Source of the DNA: Nannocystis bainbridge
GTDB taxonomy: Bacteria; Myxococcota_A; Polyangia; Nannocystales; Nannocystaceae
Assembly: GCF_028368995.1 (NCBI RefSeq)
Contig: NZ_JAQNDL010000003.1
Coordinates: forward strand, 2,969,752-3,033,751
Length of the DNA stretch: 64,000 nucleotides
Direction: 5' to 3'
Positions 20,993-31,173 of this stretch are shown one piece after another. How positions within the stretch are numbered: position 1 is the stretch's first letter; every line of letters begins with the position of its first letter. The position numbers were made by a program, and so were the translations under genes. A model generated the notes under the pieces. It was not told the DNA's origin and searched no databases. It saw only the letters and a program-made list of their open reading frames with translations.

Positions 20993-21217
20993 ATGCTCGT
21001 CCAACAGTTGCTCCTCGGTCGCACGGAGGGGCTGAGCGGGCCGCAGCTCGCGGCCTTCTTGTCCGGTTGGACGAGTGTCCTCGAGTTGTTGCGACGCCCT
21101 GAGCTTTGCGTGCCCGACGCCGCGCCGGAGGTGCAGGACGCGTTGCGTTCGCTCGCCGAGCAGATCGAGCACGCGCAGGCGGAGATCTTGAACGACGACG
21201 ACGACGCCGACCTCTGA
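20993..21217 (+). CDS. Small acidic hypothetical protein
   Basis: Plausible helical protein with a DDDDADL tail, divergent from cysE. Confidence 0.55.
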   Translation: MLVQQLLLGRTEGLSGPQLAAFLSGWTSVLELLRRPELCVPDAAPEVQDALRSLAEQIEHAQAEILNDDDDADL

Positions 21218-21787
21218 ACTCGCGTGCGAGCTGGTGAATCCGCCAGCGCGTGTCTGCGCAGTGGTTCGGGGGGTTCGGGTGGCGGGATGCGCGATTCGGC
21301 CCCCTGCAACGGCGGCTTGAGGGGCATCAAGAGCGAGCCGGACTGTTGTTCGAGGTCACTGGTTTTGCAGTGAAGTAAAACTTCTTTTCCTTCACCAAGC
21401 TGATCCGCGCATGCGCGTCCACGCGCAGTGCAGCGCTCCGCACAAACCTGGCAAACATCGCGCATACCGAGCCTGTTCTCGCCCATTCCGACGAATGTGC
21501 CGCTCTCGCTGGCGGCACGCCAGGCTGGGCAGGATCGCGGGTCGCGATCTGCCTCTTGGGGTCCGGAAAAAACTTGGCGAGATCCCCCTGAGATCTCAAG
21601 CTGCGCTTTTCGGGCCTCTTGACGGCCCTCTGACTGCCGATCGCGCCACCCTCCGATCGTGCGCGGGACGCGGTATTCGGGCGTTCGGCGCCGAACAGCT
21701 CGCTGTTTAAAAGCAAACAGCGCGTGACCCGGGGGTCACGCGCTGGCAGGGGGCTCCGGAGGTGAGGAGGCTCCGAGGCCCGGGAGT

Positions 21788-22006
21788 TCAGCCGGCCGAA
21801 GCGCTCAGCGAGGCGGAATCGCTCGCCACGGTGTTGTTCGGGCGGGGCCACTCGATGCGGTGCTTGATAATGCGACGCTTGAGGGCGTGGCGAGTGATTC
21901 CAAGCAGTTGAGCGGCTTCGACGATGCTGCCGGCGGCGTTGAGCGCTTCCACGCACAGCATACGTTCGGCGGCATTCAGGTTCAGATCTTCGAGGATGAG
22001 GCGCAT
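21788..22006 (-). CDS. Stand-alone Fis-type helix-turn-helix protein
   Basis: L.AAER..CVEAL...GSIVEAAQLLGITRHALKRRIIKH matches the Fis/NtrC HTH pattern. Confidence 0.85.
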   Translation of the reverse strand: MRLILEDLNLNAAERMLCVEALNAAGSIVEAAQLLGITRHALKRRIIKHRIEWPRPNNTVASDSASLSASAG

Positions 22007-22381
22007 GGCGGCAGGATAGGCCAAGGCATGGGGACAGGGAAGGACGTTTTTGTAAGCCCGCATCCCAAAAGAACAGTCGCAGAATCTAAACACCGTTTTG
22101 TATTATGCAGAAGATTACAGCGTTTGCGCGCGTTCACGCCCTCGCTGGCCCGCTTCGCTGCCCACCTCGTGGGGCGCTTCACAGCCGAAATCGCCGGGCC
22201 GCGTTACACTCCTCGGCCTGGCCGGGCGGCCGTAAAAAGCTCAAAACCGATCCAGTTTGCCGGATTCGAGCCGCGAGAACATGGTGGATTCACCATGGCC
22301 CGAGCGCACAGGGCCCGAGGCCGGTCCTAGGTTGCATAAAAGCCCTGTCGCAAGGGCGCGCAGAGTAAGATAGGGAGCCGC

Positions 22382-24190
22382 GTGCCGCAGAACGCCCGAT
22401 CGAAGTCGTCCGCCGTGATCCACACCCTCATCGTGGTCGACGACATGCTCTTGCAGGCGGCGATCGAGCGTCGTCTCAAGCACGAGGGCCACATCGCCGC
22501 GTCGGCCAACGGCTCGCGCGAGGCGATAGAGCGTCTGCGCCGCGAGCTGTTCGACGTCGTGCTGTGCGACCTGCACACGACCTCGGGCGACGGCGCCGAG
22601 CTGCTGCAGTGGCTCGGCAGCTACTTCCCGTCGGTCCCGGTCGTGCTGATCGTCGAGGCTCTGAGCCCCGAGTTCCGCGGCCAGTACGAGGGCGGCGGCT
22701 CGGTGCGGATCGTCGAGAAGCCGATCGACCTCGACAAGCTCGTCAACGCGATCGAGGCGTGCGGCGTCCGCAAGGGCTTCTACGGCAACCAGATCGAGGT
22801 CGAGTTCTTCGACTACGTGCAGATGGTCGCCGGCTCGGGCCGCGACAAGGCGGTGGTGCTGACGACGCACGCGGGCACCGGCTACCTGTGGATCGAGCAC
22901 GGCGACATCGTGCACGCGCAGTGGGGCGAGATCCGCGGCGAGCAGGCGTTCTACAAGATGCTGTCGGTCGGTCGCGGCAGCTTCCGCGAGAACCTGTTCC
23001 GCTCGCCGCCGGTCCGCACGATCGTCCGCTCGAGCATGCACTTGCTGATGGAGGCCGCGCGCCAGGCCGACGAGGGCATCCTCGGTCAGTCCGACGAGAC
23101 GGTCGAGGAGCGCGAGGACGAGAAGCCGCGCGCCGCTCCGCCGCCGCCTGAGCCCGAGCTGACGCCGCCGCCGCGACCGGTGGCCGAGGTGCGGACTTCG
23201 ACGCGAGCGCCGATGCCGAAGCCGGCGACGTCGCCGCCGCGCTCGGCCCCGCCGTCGCCGCCCTCCTCGCCGTCGTACGGCGGCAGCGGCCTGCGCCGCG
23301 CCTCCGACATCCGCCCTGACGACATCGACATGGCGAGCGTGGCCGACTCGGCGATCGCCCGCATCGACGACCTCGCGCTGCCGCAGGACGACGACGAGAT
23401 CGAGGCGCGCAGCCATCGCCCGCCGCCCCGCGCGCCCGAGCGGTCGTCGTCGGAGCGCTCGGGCGAACGCTCACCGTCGGAGCGCTCGGGTGAGCGCTCG
23501 CCGTCGGAGCGCTCGGGCGAACGCTCGCCCGAGCCGTCGAACGACGGCGTGCCGGTGCTGCGCCGCCGCGTGCAGACGCTCGAGCGCCGCGTCGCTCAAC
23601 CCGCGACGCCGACCCCCTCTCGCGGCACGCCGACCTCGGTGCCGGCCCTGCGCGCCACCCCGGCCTCGATCCCCGTGCGCGCCACCCCGGCCTCGATCCC
23701 CGCCGTGCCCGCGCGCGCCACCCCGACGTCGATCCCCGCCGTCCGCACGACCACGATCCCGCCCGGCCAGAGCTCCGCGCCCGCCCGCAACGCCCCGCCG
23801 CCCCGCGCCGACGCCAGGCCGATCAAGAAGGCCAACACCGTCGACCTTCTCGAAGACCCGGAGACGCGCGAGCTGATGCTCGGCCAGTTCTGGCAGTTCG
23901 AGGGCGTCAACGGCGTGGCGATCATCTCGAGCACCGGCAAGGTGATCGCCGAGGACATGCGCAACAACAGCACCGTCGTCACGCTCGCCGGCTTCTACAT
24001 GCGTGGCGCCGCGCGGATCGCCCGCACCCTCGGCTATCACGTGTTCGACGGCGTGATCGCCCGCTCGGCCAGCGGTCAACAGATGATCATGGTCGGCATG
24101 GGGGCCACCTCCGCCGTGCTGTCCATCGCGCCGGGGCATGACCCGGAGGCCATCCGCGACGCGATTATGGGAGTCGATACCAAACGATGA
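22382..24190 (+). CDS. Receiver + DUF4388 + roadblock/LC7-like multidomain protein
   Basis: VVDD...LCD...KP receiver; DYVQM...G.LWIEHGDIVHA...GEQAF...LLMEAARQADE (DUF4388); Pro/Ser linker; C-terminal EGVNGVAIISSTG. Confidence 0.8.
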   Translation: MPQNARSKSSAVIHTLIVVDDMLLQAAIERRLKHEGHIAASANGSREAIERLRRELFDVVLCDLHTTSGDGAELLQWLGSYFPSVPVVLIVEALSPEFRGQYEGGGSVRIVEKPIDLDKLVNAIEACGVRKGFYGNQIEVEFFDYVQMVAGSGRDKAVVLTTHAGTGYLWIEHGDIVHAQWGEIRGEQAFYKMLSVGRGSFRENLFRSPPVRTIVRSSMHLLMEAARQADEGILGQSDETVEEREDEKPRAAPPPPEPELTPPPRPVAEVRTSTRAPMPKPATSPPRSAPPSPPSSPSYGGSGLRRASDIRPDDIDMASVADSAIARIDDLALPQDDDEIEARSHRPPPRAPERSSSERSGERSPSERSGERSPSERSGERSPEPSNDGVPVLRRRVQTLERRVAQPATPTPSRGTPTSVPALRATPASIPVRATPASIPAVPARATPTSIPAVRTTTIPPGQSSAPARNAPPPRADARPIKKANTVDLLEDPETRELMLGQFWQFEGVNGVAIISSTGKVIAEDMRNNSTVVTLAGFYMRGAARIARTLGYHVFDGVIARSASGQQMIMVGMGATSAVLSIAPGHDPEAIRDAIMGVDTKR

Positions 24191-24894
24191 CCGCCGAGCC
24201 GAATCGCCAGCTAGTCAGCCTCCTCGAGGAACTCGACCGGCTCCCCGGCGTCCGCGGCTCGCTGGTGGCGACCGTCGACGGCGGCTACACCGCCAGCGAG
24301 AGCAACTTCGACGCCGCCACCGCGACCGACATCGCCAAGACGGTCCGGCGCATGGTCGTCGCCTCGGCCACCGTCGGCTCGCCCATCGAGGAGCTGCTGA
24401 TCACCTTCCACACCGCCCGCATGATGATCGTCCCCGTCCGCGAGGAGGCGACCCTCACCATCATGCTCGAGCGCGACTCGGCCCAGCCCTCGGTGCGATC
24501 GGTCCTGAAGACCAGGCTCACCGGCCTGCGCTCGTCGATCGGCAGCTCGTCGTCCGAGAGCAGCATGTCGGCCGGCTCGGCGCCGATGCCCGAGCCCGAG
24601 GACGAGGTCGACCGCCTGATGCTCGGCGAGCTCGGCCCGGTCCTCCGCGAGGTCCAGAACGTGTTCACCTCGTACCTCATCCGCGCCGGCAAGACCGCCG
24701 GCGAGGCCGGGGTGATGATGCGCGAGCAGATCCGCGAGTGGCTGCTGATGGTCAACCCGTCGCCCTACACGTTCCCCGTGCTGGTCGACGCGCTGGTCCA
24801 GCTGACGAACCGCGACGAGCGCGAGAACTTCAAGGTCGACGTGCAGCAGGCGATGCGAAACTCGCGGCTGTGGCCGAAGAAGAGCGTCCGCTGA
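24187..24894 (+). CDS. Roadblock/LC7 (MglB-like) domain protein
   Basis: LEELDRLPGVRGSLVATVDG N-terminus; ATGA coupling to the upstream gene. Confidence 0.75.
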   Translation: MTAEPNRQLVSLLEELDRLPGVRGSLVATVDGGYTASESNFDAATATDIAKTVRRMVVASATVGSPIEELLITFHTARMMIVPVREEATLTIMLERDSAQPSVRSVLKTRLTGLRSSIGSSSSESSMSAGSAPMPEPEDEVDRLMLGELGPVLREVQNVFTSYLIRAGKTAGEAGVMMREQIREWLLMVNPSPYTFPVLVDALVQLTNRDERENFKVDVQQAMRNSRLWPKKSVR

Positions 24895-24966
24895 GCCGCG
24901 ACGCGCCGGTCGGGCCGGGCAGCGTGCTCGGCCAGCCCCTCACGCTGCCCTGAAGCCGCGAGCCGT

Positions 24967-25048
24967 CTGCTTCAAAGACATGCCCTCCAGGACATGTCCT
25001 TTCAAGCATTGCCTTCAGGACATGTCCCAAAGGGCATGTCCAGAAAAT
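24967..25048. repeat. 14-bp palindromic unit array between convergent genes
   Basis: Junctions at 24979, 24993, 25007, 25021 and 25035. Confidence 0.92.
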
Positions 25049-25060
25049 CCTTAAAAAGAT

Positions 25061-25903
<843 letters not shown>

Positions 25904-26008
25904 GCCTCGGGGCATCGCACAGCCCGGTACCGGGGCGCAAGGCGCCCTCGGCCCTCCCGTGGCGCCCGCCCGCCCGGCGGCCGTGGTACCCTCGACGCCG
26001 AGGTGTCC

Positions 26009-26464
26009 ATGCCGTCCTGCCTCCGCCGCGTCCCTCTCGCGCTCGTTCTGTCCCTCGCGCTCGCGCCGCTCGCCCACGCCGGCGAGCCGCAGACCGTGTC
26101 CCCTGCCGAAGAAGAGGCGCTCTACAAGAACGAGCGCGCCACCGCGTTGCCGGCCAAGGAGAAGCCGGCCGGCGTCAAGTTCGCCCGCGAGGGTTGCTTC
26201 AACGACCCCGCGAAGTGCAAGTGCCAGAACAACGACGCCACGCAGAGCCAGTTCTGCGGCACGATGCTCGGCCACTTCTGCCCCGACAGCACGCTGCGCT
26301 ACCTCGCCGCCGCCTGCATGGACCTGTTCGGCGGCGCGACGCTGTGTCAGTGCGCGGCCAAGCAGCAGATCGAGGGCTACATCAAGGCCGAGGACGCCGC
26401 CAAGGCCAAGGCCGACAAAGAGGCCGCCAAGAAGGCCGCCAAGCAGAAGAAGAAGGCGAAGTAG
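26009..26464 (+). CDS. Secreted Cys-rich protein with Lys/Ala-rich tail
   Basis: Signal peptide ending AHA; eight Cys in the mature part. Confidence 0.75.
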   Translation: MPSCLRRVPLALVLSLALAPLAHAGEPQTVSPAEEEALYKNERATALPAKEKPAGVKFAREGCFNDPAKCKCQNNDATQSQFCGTMLGHFCPDSTLRYLAAACMDLFGGATLCQCAAKQQIEGYIKAEDAAKAKADKEAAKKAAKQKKKAK

Positions 26465-26543
26465 CTCTCTCGGGACAGGCCTTGCGAGCGCACGAGCCTG
26501 TCCTTCGGGACAGGCATGACCACCTGTCCCGAGAGCCACCTGC

Positions 26544-27758
26544 TCAGCGGTCGAACAGCGCCATCAGCTCCGCGTGGCGGCTGGCGGCGTCCTGATAGCC
26601 GAGCTCGATGAGCTGGCGGCAGTAGTCCGGGTCGAACAGCAGGTACGACGCCAGGTCGCTCTCCTGGCGGGCGTCGTCGGCGGCCACCGCCCAGCGGATG
26701 AGCCGCGCGACGATCCCCGAGTAGCGACTGAGACCGGTGCGGCGCACCGTGTCGAACGCGATCCGGCCGATGTCCTGGCTCGGGCGGATGAGCAGCGTGT
26801 CGACCGACTCGTACGCGGTGGTCTTGTCCTTCTGCATCCCGTTGGCCAGCCGCTGGGCGAAGTCGGGCCCGAACTCGCGCGCGCCGGCGGCCAGGATCTG
26901 GTTCATGCGCTCCACCCGTTCGATGTCGGCCTCGACCTTCTCGAGCAGCAGCACGTTGAGCACCTTGCCGAGCATGAACATCGCGCTCGGGAAGGTGCCC
27001 TCGGCCTCGTGACGGATCTGCCGCACCTCCTCGTCGCCGGGCGTGTGACGCAGGCTGATCACCAGCAGCCGCGTCGCGCCGAGGCGCATCGCCGGGCGCA
27101 GCGGCGTCTGCTGGCGCAGGCCGCCGTCGGCGTAGAGCTGGTCGCCGACCCGCACCGCCGGGAACAGCACCGGGATCGCCCCCGACGCCAGCGCGTGCGA
27201 GGCGGTGATCGGCGTCAACACCACGTTCTGCCGCTGACTCTCGGGCCAGCGCTGCGGCAGCTTGCCGTCGGCGGTCTGCACGAAGGTGGTGACCGTCCCG
27301 GTCGCGACCTCGGTGGCGGTGCAGGCGACCGCGGAGAGGTGACCGTGATGCAGGTTCTCGGTGATGCCGCGCCACGGCAGGCGCGCGCGCACGAAGTTCT
27401 GGATCGCGCGCGGGTCGATGAGGCCGCCGATCTGCTGGCCGTGCCCCGCCTTGTCGCCGGTGCGGCCGAACAGCACCTGCGGCAGGCTGCGCATCTGCGT
27501 CCAGCCGAACCGGCACACCTCGTCGAGATCGAGCTCGGTCCACACGCGCGCGAGCAGGCGCCCCTGCGCGCGAGGGCGGTCGGCGGTGGCCGCGACGTAG
27601 GCGCCGTTGATCGCGCCGATGCTGCTGCCAGTGATGATGTCGAAGCGACACTCGCCGCGGATCCGCTCGCGGATGTATCGCAGGACCCCGACCTCGTAGG
27701 CGCCGCGGGCCCCGCCGCCCGACAGCACGAGCCCGACGCGCGGGCGCTCGCCGCTCAT
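26544..27758 (-). CDS. Patatin-like phospholipase
   Basis: GGGARG, GSSIG and DGG motifs. Confidence 0.92.
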   Translation of the reverse strand: MSGERPRVGLVLSGGGARGAYEVGVLRYIRERIRGECRFDIITGSSIGAINGAYVAATADRPRAQGRLLARVWTELDLDEVCRFGWTQMRSLPQVLFGRTGDKAGHGQQIGGLIDPRAIQNFVRARLPWRGITENLHHGHLSAVACTATEVATGTVTTFVQTADGKLPQRWPESQRQNVVLTPITASHALASGAIPVLFPAVRVGDQLYADGGLRQQTPLRPAMRLGATRLLVISLRHTPGDEEVRQIRHEAEGTFPSAMFMLGKVLNVLLLEKVEADIERVERMNQILAAGAREFGPDFAQRLANGMQKDKTTAYESVDTLLIRPSQDIGRIAFDTVRRTGLSRYSGIVARLIRWAVAADDARQESDLASYLLFDPDYCRQLIELGYQDAASRHAELMALFDR

Positions 27759-27819
27759 GCCGACGCTCCGCGCGAGCGGCCACGAGCGAGCGACGCGGCC
27801 CGGTCGTCCGAGCGCCGCA

Positions 27820-28548
27820 CTAGAAGCCGATGTCCTTGCACGTGCACTTCGACGCGTCCTTGCAGTCGGGCGGGGCCGGTTGGTTGCTCGGGTTCATCGA
27901 CAGCTGGAACACGCGGCCCGCGTCCTGCGGATACTTGTAGATCGTCTGCCACACCGTCTCGCCGTTGTCGGTGCCGGCGATCAGCTTGGCGTCCTCGTTG
28001 GTGAGGAACGGCAGCTCGAGCGTGGCCGTGCCAGTGATCGGGCCGGTGTTCGCGGTCGACAGCGGGCCGGCCGAGGCCTCGATCGTGATGAACTCGCAGT
28101 TGGCCTTGGGGAACTTGCCGAGCGCCTGGGCCGGGCAGTTCGCGCCCACCGCGTCGGGCAGGTACACCACCAGCGCCGCCTCGCACGACGTGCCGCTGCA
28201 CCTGTACTGACTCTTGAACTTGTGCCCCTTCGAAGACACGCACGGGTCGACGCACATCTCGATCTTCACCGGGATCTTGTCGCCGGGCTTGACGTTCGTC
28301 GCCGCGCACACCGTGCCGCGGAAGAACGGCAGCGTGGCGGTGAAGGTGGCCGGCGCGGGATTGGCCCCGGTGCCCTCGACGTCCAGCTCCTGCAGCTCGC
28401 ACGTCTTGGTCGTGTCGTCGCACGCCTCGCCGCGGCGAGCACAGGGCGCGCCCGCGCTGCACTCGCCGCCGTCCTCGGCGAAGCAGCCGAACATGAACCC
28501 CGCGATCGCGAAGGTCGTGACACCGAACACTCTTCGTAAGCGAATCAT
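27820..28548 (-). CDS. Cys-rich lipoprotein
   Basis: MFGC lipobox; many paired Cys. Confidence 0.8.
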   Translation of the reverse strand: MIRLRRVFGVTTFAIAGFMFGCFAEDGGECSAGAPCARRGEACDDTTKTCELQELDVEGTGANPAPATFTATLPFFRGTVCAATNVKPGDKIPVKIEMCVDPCVSSKGHKFKSQYRCSGTSCEAALVVYLPDAVGANCPAQALGKFPKANCEFITIEASAGPLSTANTGPITGTATLELPFLTNEDAKLIAGTDNGETVWQTIYKYPQDAGRVFQLSMNPSNQPAPPDCKDASKCTCKDIGF

Positions 28549-28780
28549 GATGGCTTCGTTCCTCTTTGCTCTCAGCGGTGCATCGTAGCCGATGTTTCGC
28601 TGACCACGCACCTCCGCGTTCGCCTGGGTGAGACCTGGCGCCGACCGCCGTTTCGTGGCCCTGGGCCGGCAGTTCTACGGTGACTACATTTCGACCCTGG
28701 GTATCTAGCGCTTGACACCGGGAGCGCGAGCGCCGGTTCGCATCGTCGCTGTCGCGCGCCCTTTCCAGGAGTTCATTTTC

Positions 28781-29449
28781 ATGCGCTCAAACGCCCTTGT
28801 CTCACTCTCCATGGTGCTCGCTTTCGCCGCGTGCAACGAACAGGAGCCCGCGACCTCGGCCACCGACAGCACCACCAACGGCACCACGACGGCGCCGGCG
28901 ACGGCGACGGAGACGCCAGGGACGAGCACGACGACCACCACCGGGGAGGACGCCACGACCACCACCGGGACCGCCACCGAGGCGCTCCCGACCACCGGAC
29001 CGACGCCGACCACCGGCACGACCGTCGAGGAGACGACGACCTCGACGACCACGACGACCTCCACGACCACCACCGGCGAGCCCGAAACGGGCGCCACGAC
29101 GATGACGGTGATCCCCTCGACCGGGCCCTACGAGAGCTGCAGCATCGCCAACAACGTCGAGTGTGACGGCGACGCCGCCTGCGTCGATTCGACCAGCACC
29201 ACCGGCAAGGTCAAGGGCTCGTTCTGCGCCCCGAAGTGCATGGGCACGTGCCCGAAGCCCGACGGCCTCCCCGCCAGCGTCCAGGCGATCTGCGCCTTCG
29301 ACACCGACATGGACCAGCAGGCCGACATCTGCGCGCTGCTGTGCATGATGGCCAACGACGACTGCCCCGAGGGCTCGGCGTGCGAGGACATCGGCATCCC
29401 CGAGATGCAGATGATGAAGTTCGGCGTATGCACGTACCCGCCAGGCTGA
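28781..29449 (+). CDS. Thr-rich lipoprotein with Cys-rich C-terminal domain
   Basis: AGGAG RBS, FAAC lipobox, Thr linker, Cys-rich domain. Confidence 0.85.
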   Translation: MRSNALVSLSMVLAFAACNEQEPATSATDSTTNGTTTAPATATETPGTSTTTTTGEDATTTTGTATEALPTTGPTPTTGTTVEETTTSTTTTTSTTTTGEPETGATTMTVIPSTGPYESCSIANNVECDGDAACVDSTSTTGKVKGSFCAPKCMGTCPKPDGLPASVQAICAFDTDMDQQADICALLCMMANDDCPEGSACEDIGIPEMQMMKFGVCTYPPG

Positions 29450-29465
29450 CGGGCCGGCGCGTCGC

Positions 29466-29798
29466 TCAGGCCGCCGCGGTCGCGGCCTTGAGCACGCCCT
29501 CGAGCTCGCCGTTGGCGTCCATCTCGCGGACGATGTCGCAACCACCGACGAACTCGCCGCCGACGTAGAGCTGCGGGATGGTCGGCCAGCTGGCGAACTG
29601 CTTGACGCCCTCGCGCACGGCCGGGTCGGACAGCACGTTGAAGGTCTCGAACGGCACCGCGTGCTTCTTGAGGATCTCGACCACCATCGCCGAGAAGCCG
29701 CACTGCGGGAAGCTCTTGTTGCCCTTCATGAAGAGCATGACCTTGTTGTTGGCGACAAGGTGGGCGATGAACTTCTGGACGTCCTCGTGGGCTTGCAT
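29466..29798 (-). CDS. grxD: Monothiol glutaredoxin Grx4
   Basis: FMKG, PQCGFS, WPTIPQLY and GGCDI motifs. Confidence 0.96.
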   Translation of the reverse strand: MQAHEDVQKFIAHLVANNKVMLFMKGNKSFPQCGFSAMVVEILKKHAVPFETFNVLSDPAVREGVKQFASWPTIPQLYVGGEFVGGCDIVREMDANGELEGVLKAATAAA

Positions 29799-29814
29799 CG
29801 GTGGGGTCTCGCAA

Positions 29815-29995
29815 TCAGGTCCGAAGGACCGTGAAGTGGCTCAGGTCCGAAGGACCGTGAAGTGGCTCAGGTCCGGGGGACCGTGGATTCGCTCAGGTCC
29901 GAAGGACCGTGGATTCGCTCAGGTCCGAAGGACCGTGGAGTGGCTCAGGTCCGAAGGACCGTGGAGTGGCTCAGGTCCGAAGGACCGTGGAGTGG
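29815..29995. repeat. 7 x 26-bp tandem repeat, each unit with a GGTCC-GAA-GGACC hairpin
   Basis: TCAGGTCC starts at 29815, 29841, 29867, 29893, 29919, 29945 and 29971. Confidence 0.97.
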
Positions 29996-30181
29996 TGAAT
30001 TGGCCAGGAGGGTCGCGGCCCGTGCGGGGGGTGGTCCCGCGGGCCGGCCGTCGCGCGCATTCGATCGCCGGGGCCGGCCGGTCGCGGCGTTAGATACACG
30101 CTGGCCCGCACCCCAGCAAGGCGCCGTGAACGCCCTTCTTGCGGAAGGTCGCCCGCTCGGGTCATAACCACTACCGCTCGC

Positions 30182-31018
30182 ATGGCGCCGCGGACCCTGC
30201 CCTCGCCCCAGTGCTCACGTCGGACCTGGTTGCACGGCCTCGCCGCCGCCGCCGGGGCCGCACTCCTGCCCAGGCCGGCGCGCGCGGACGAGTCCGCCGC
30301 CGAGTCGCCGCCCAAGCGCATTCTCATCGTCGGCGACAGCATGATCGCCGGCGGCGTCGGCCTGTTCCTCGAGAACGGCCTGCGTGACGAGCACAGCTAT
30401 GTGGTCCGGCGCAAGGGCAAGAGCAGCACCGGCCTGGCCCGGCCCGACTTCTTCGCCTGGCCCAAGGAGGCGAAGAAGCAGGTCGACGAGTTCGCGCCCG
30501 ACGCCGCGGTGGTGATGTTCGGCGGCAACGACGTGCAGGGCCTGCGCATGCCGGACAAGGGCTGGATCACCTGGCCCGAGCCGGAGTGGCCGGAGGAGTA
30601 CGCGCGGCGCGTCAATGACTTCGCCGACATCGTCGCCGCCGACGGCCGGCCGTTGTTCTGGATCGGCATGCCGGTGATGCGGCCGGAGAAGTTTCACGTG
30701 CGGGTCCAGCGGGTCAACACGATCTACCGGGCCGAGATGGCGATCCGCCCGAACGCGCACTTCATCGACATCTGGCGGCTCCTGGCCGACGCCAAGGGCG
30801 GCTACACCGACCGGCTCGACGCCGACGGCGAGCCCGGGGGCAAGACGATCCGGGTCCGCGCGGGCGACGGGATCCACCTGAGCGTCGCTGGCGCCCACCG
30901 CGTCGAGGCGCATGTGCGGGCCTTCGTCCACGCGGTGCTGTCCGGGTCCCAGCCGGACACTTCGGCCGACCTCGCGGTCGCGGGTGCGCCAGCGGTCGCG
31001 CCCACGCCTGCAGGCTGA
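30182..31018 (+). CDS. Tat-exported SGNH/GDSL hydrolase (DUF459-like)
   Basis: SRRTWL Tat motif; GDSM, STGLARPDFF, GGND and DGIH motifs. Confidence 0.85.
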   Translation: MAPRTLPSPQCSRRTWLHGLAAAAGAALLPRPARADESAAESPPKRILIVGDSMIAGGVGLFLENGLRDEHSYVVRRKGKSSTGLARPDFFAWPKEAKKQVDEFAPDAAVVMFGGNDVQGLRMPDKGWITWPEPEWPEEYARRVNDFADIVAADGRPLFWIGMPVMRPEKFHVRVQRVNTIYRAEMAIRPNAHFIDIWRLLADAKGGYTDRLDADGEPGGKTIRVRAGDGIHLSVAGAHRVEAHVRAFVHAVLSGSQPDTSADLAVAGAPAVAPTPAG

Positions 31019-31173
31019 TACCGGCGGGCCTTTCGCGGCCGACAGCCGTGCGCCGCCCGGTCGGGCGCGAACGCGGCGTGGCAAATTTCGACGGGCAAAC
31101 TCACCTCCGCCATGCGAGGCGATGCACATGCACCTCGCGCGCGGCCGGCCGCTTGGGGCAACATAGCTCGCCC

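Noticed and set aside
29815-29995. Possible CRISPR array (palindromic repeats at regular spacing)
   Set aside because: Units are contiguous 26-mers with no unique spacers, and no cas genes are present in the window.
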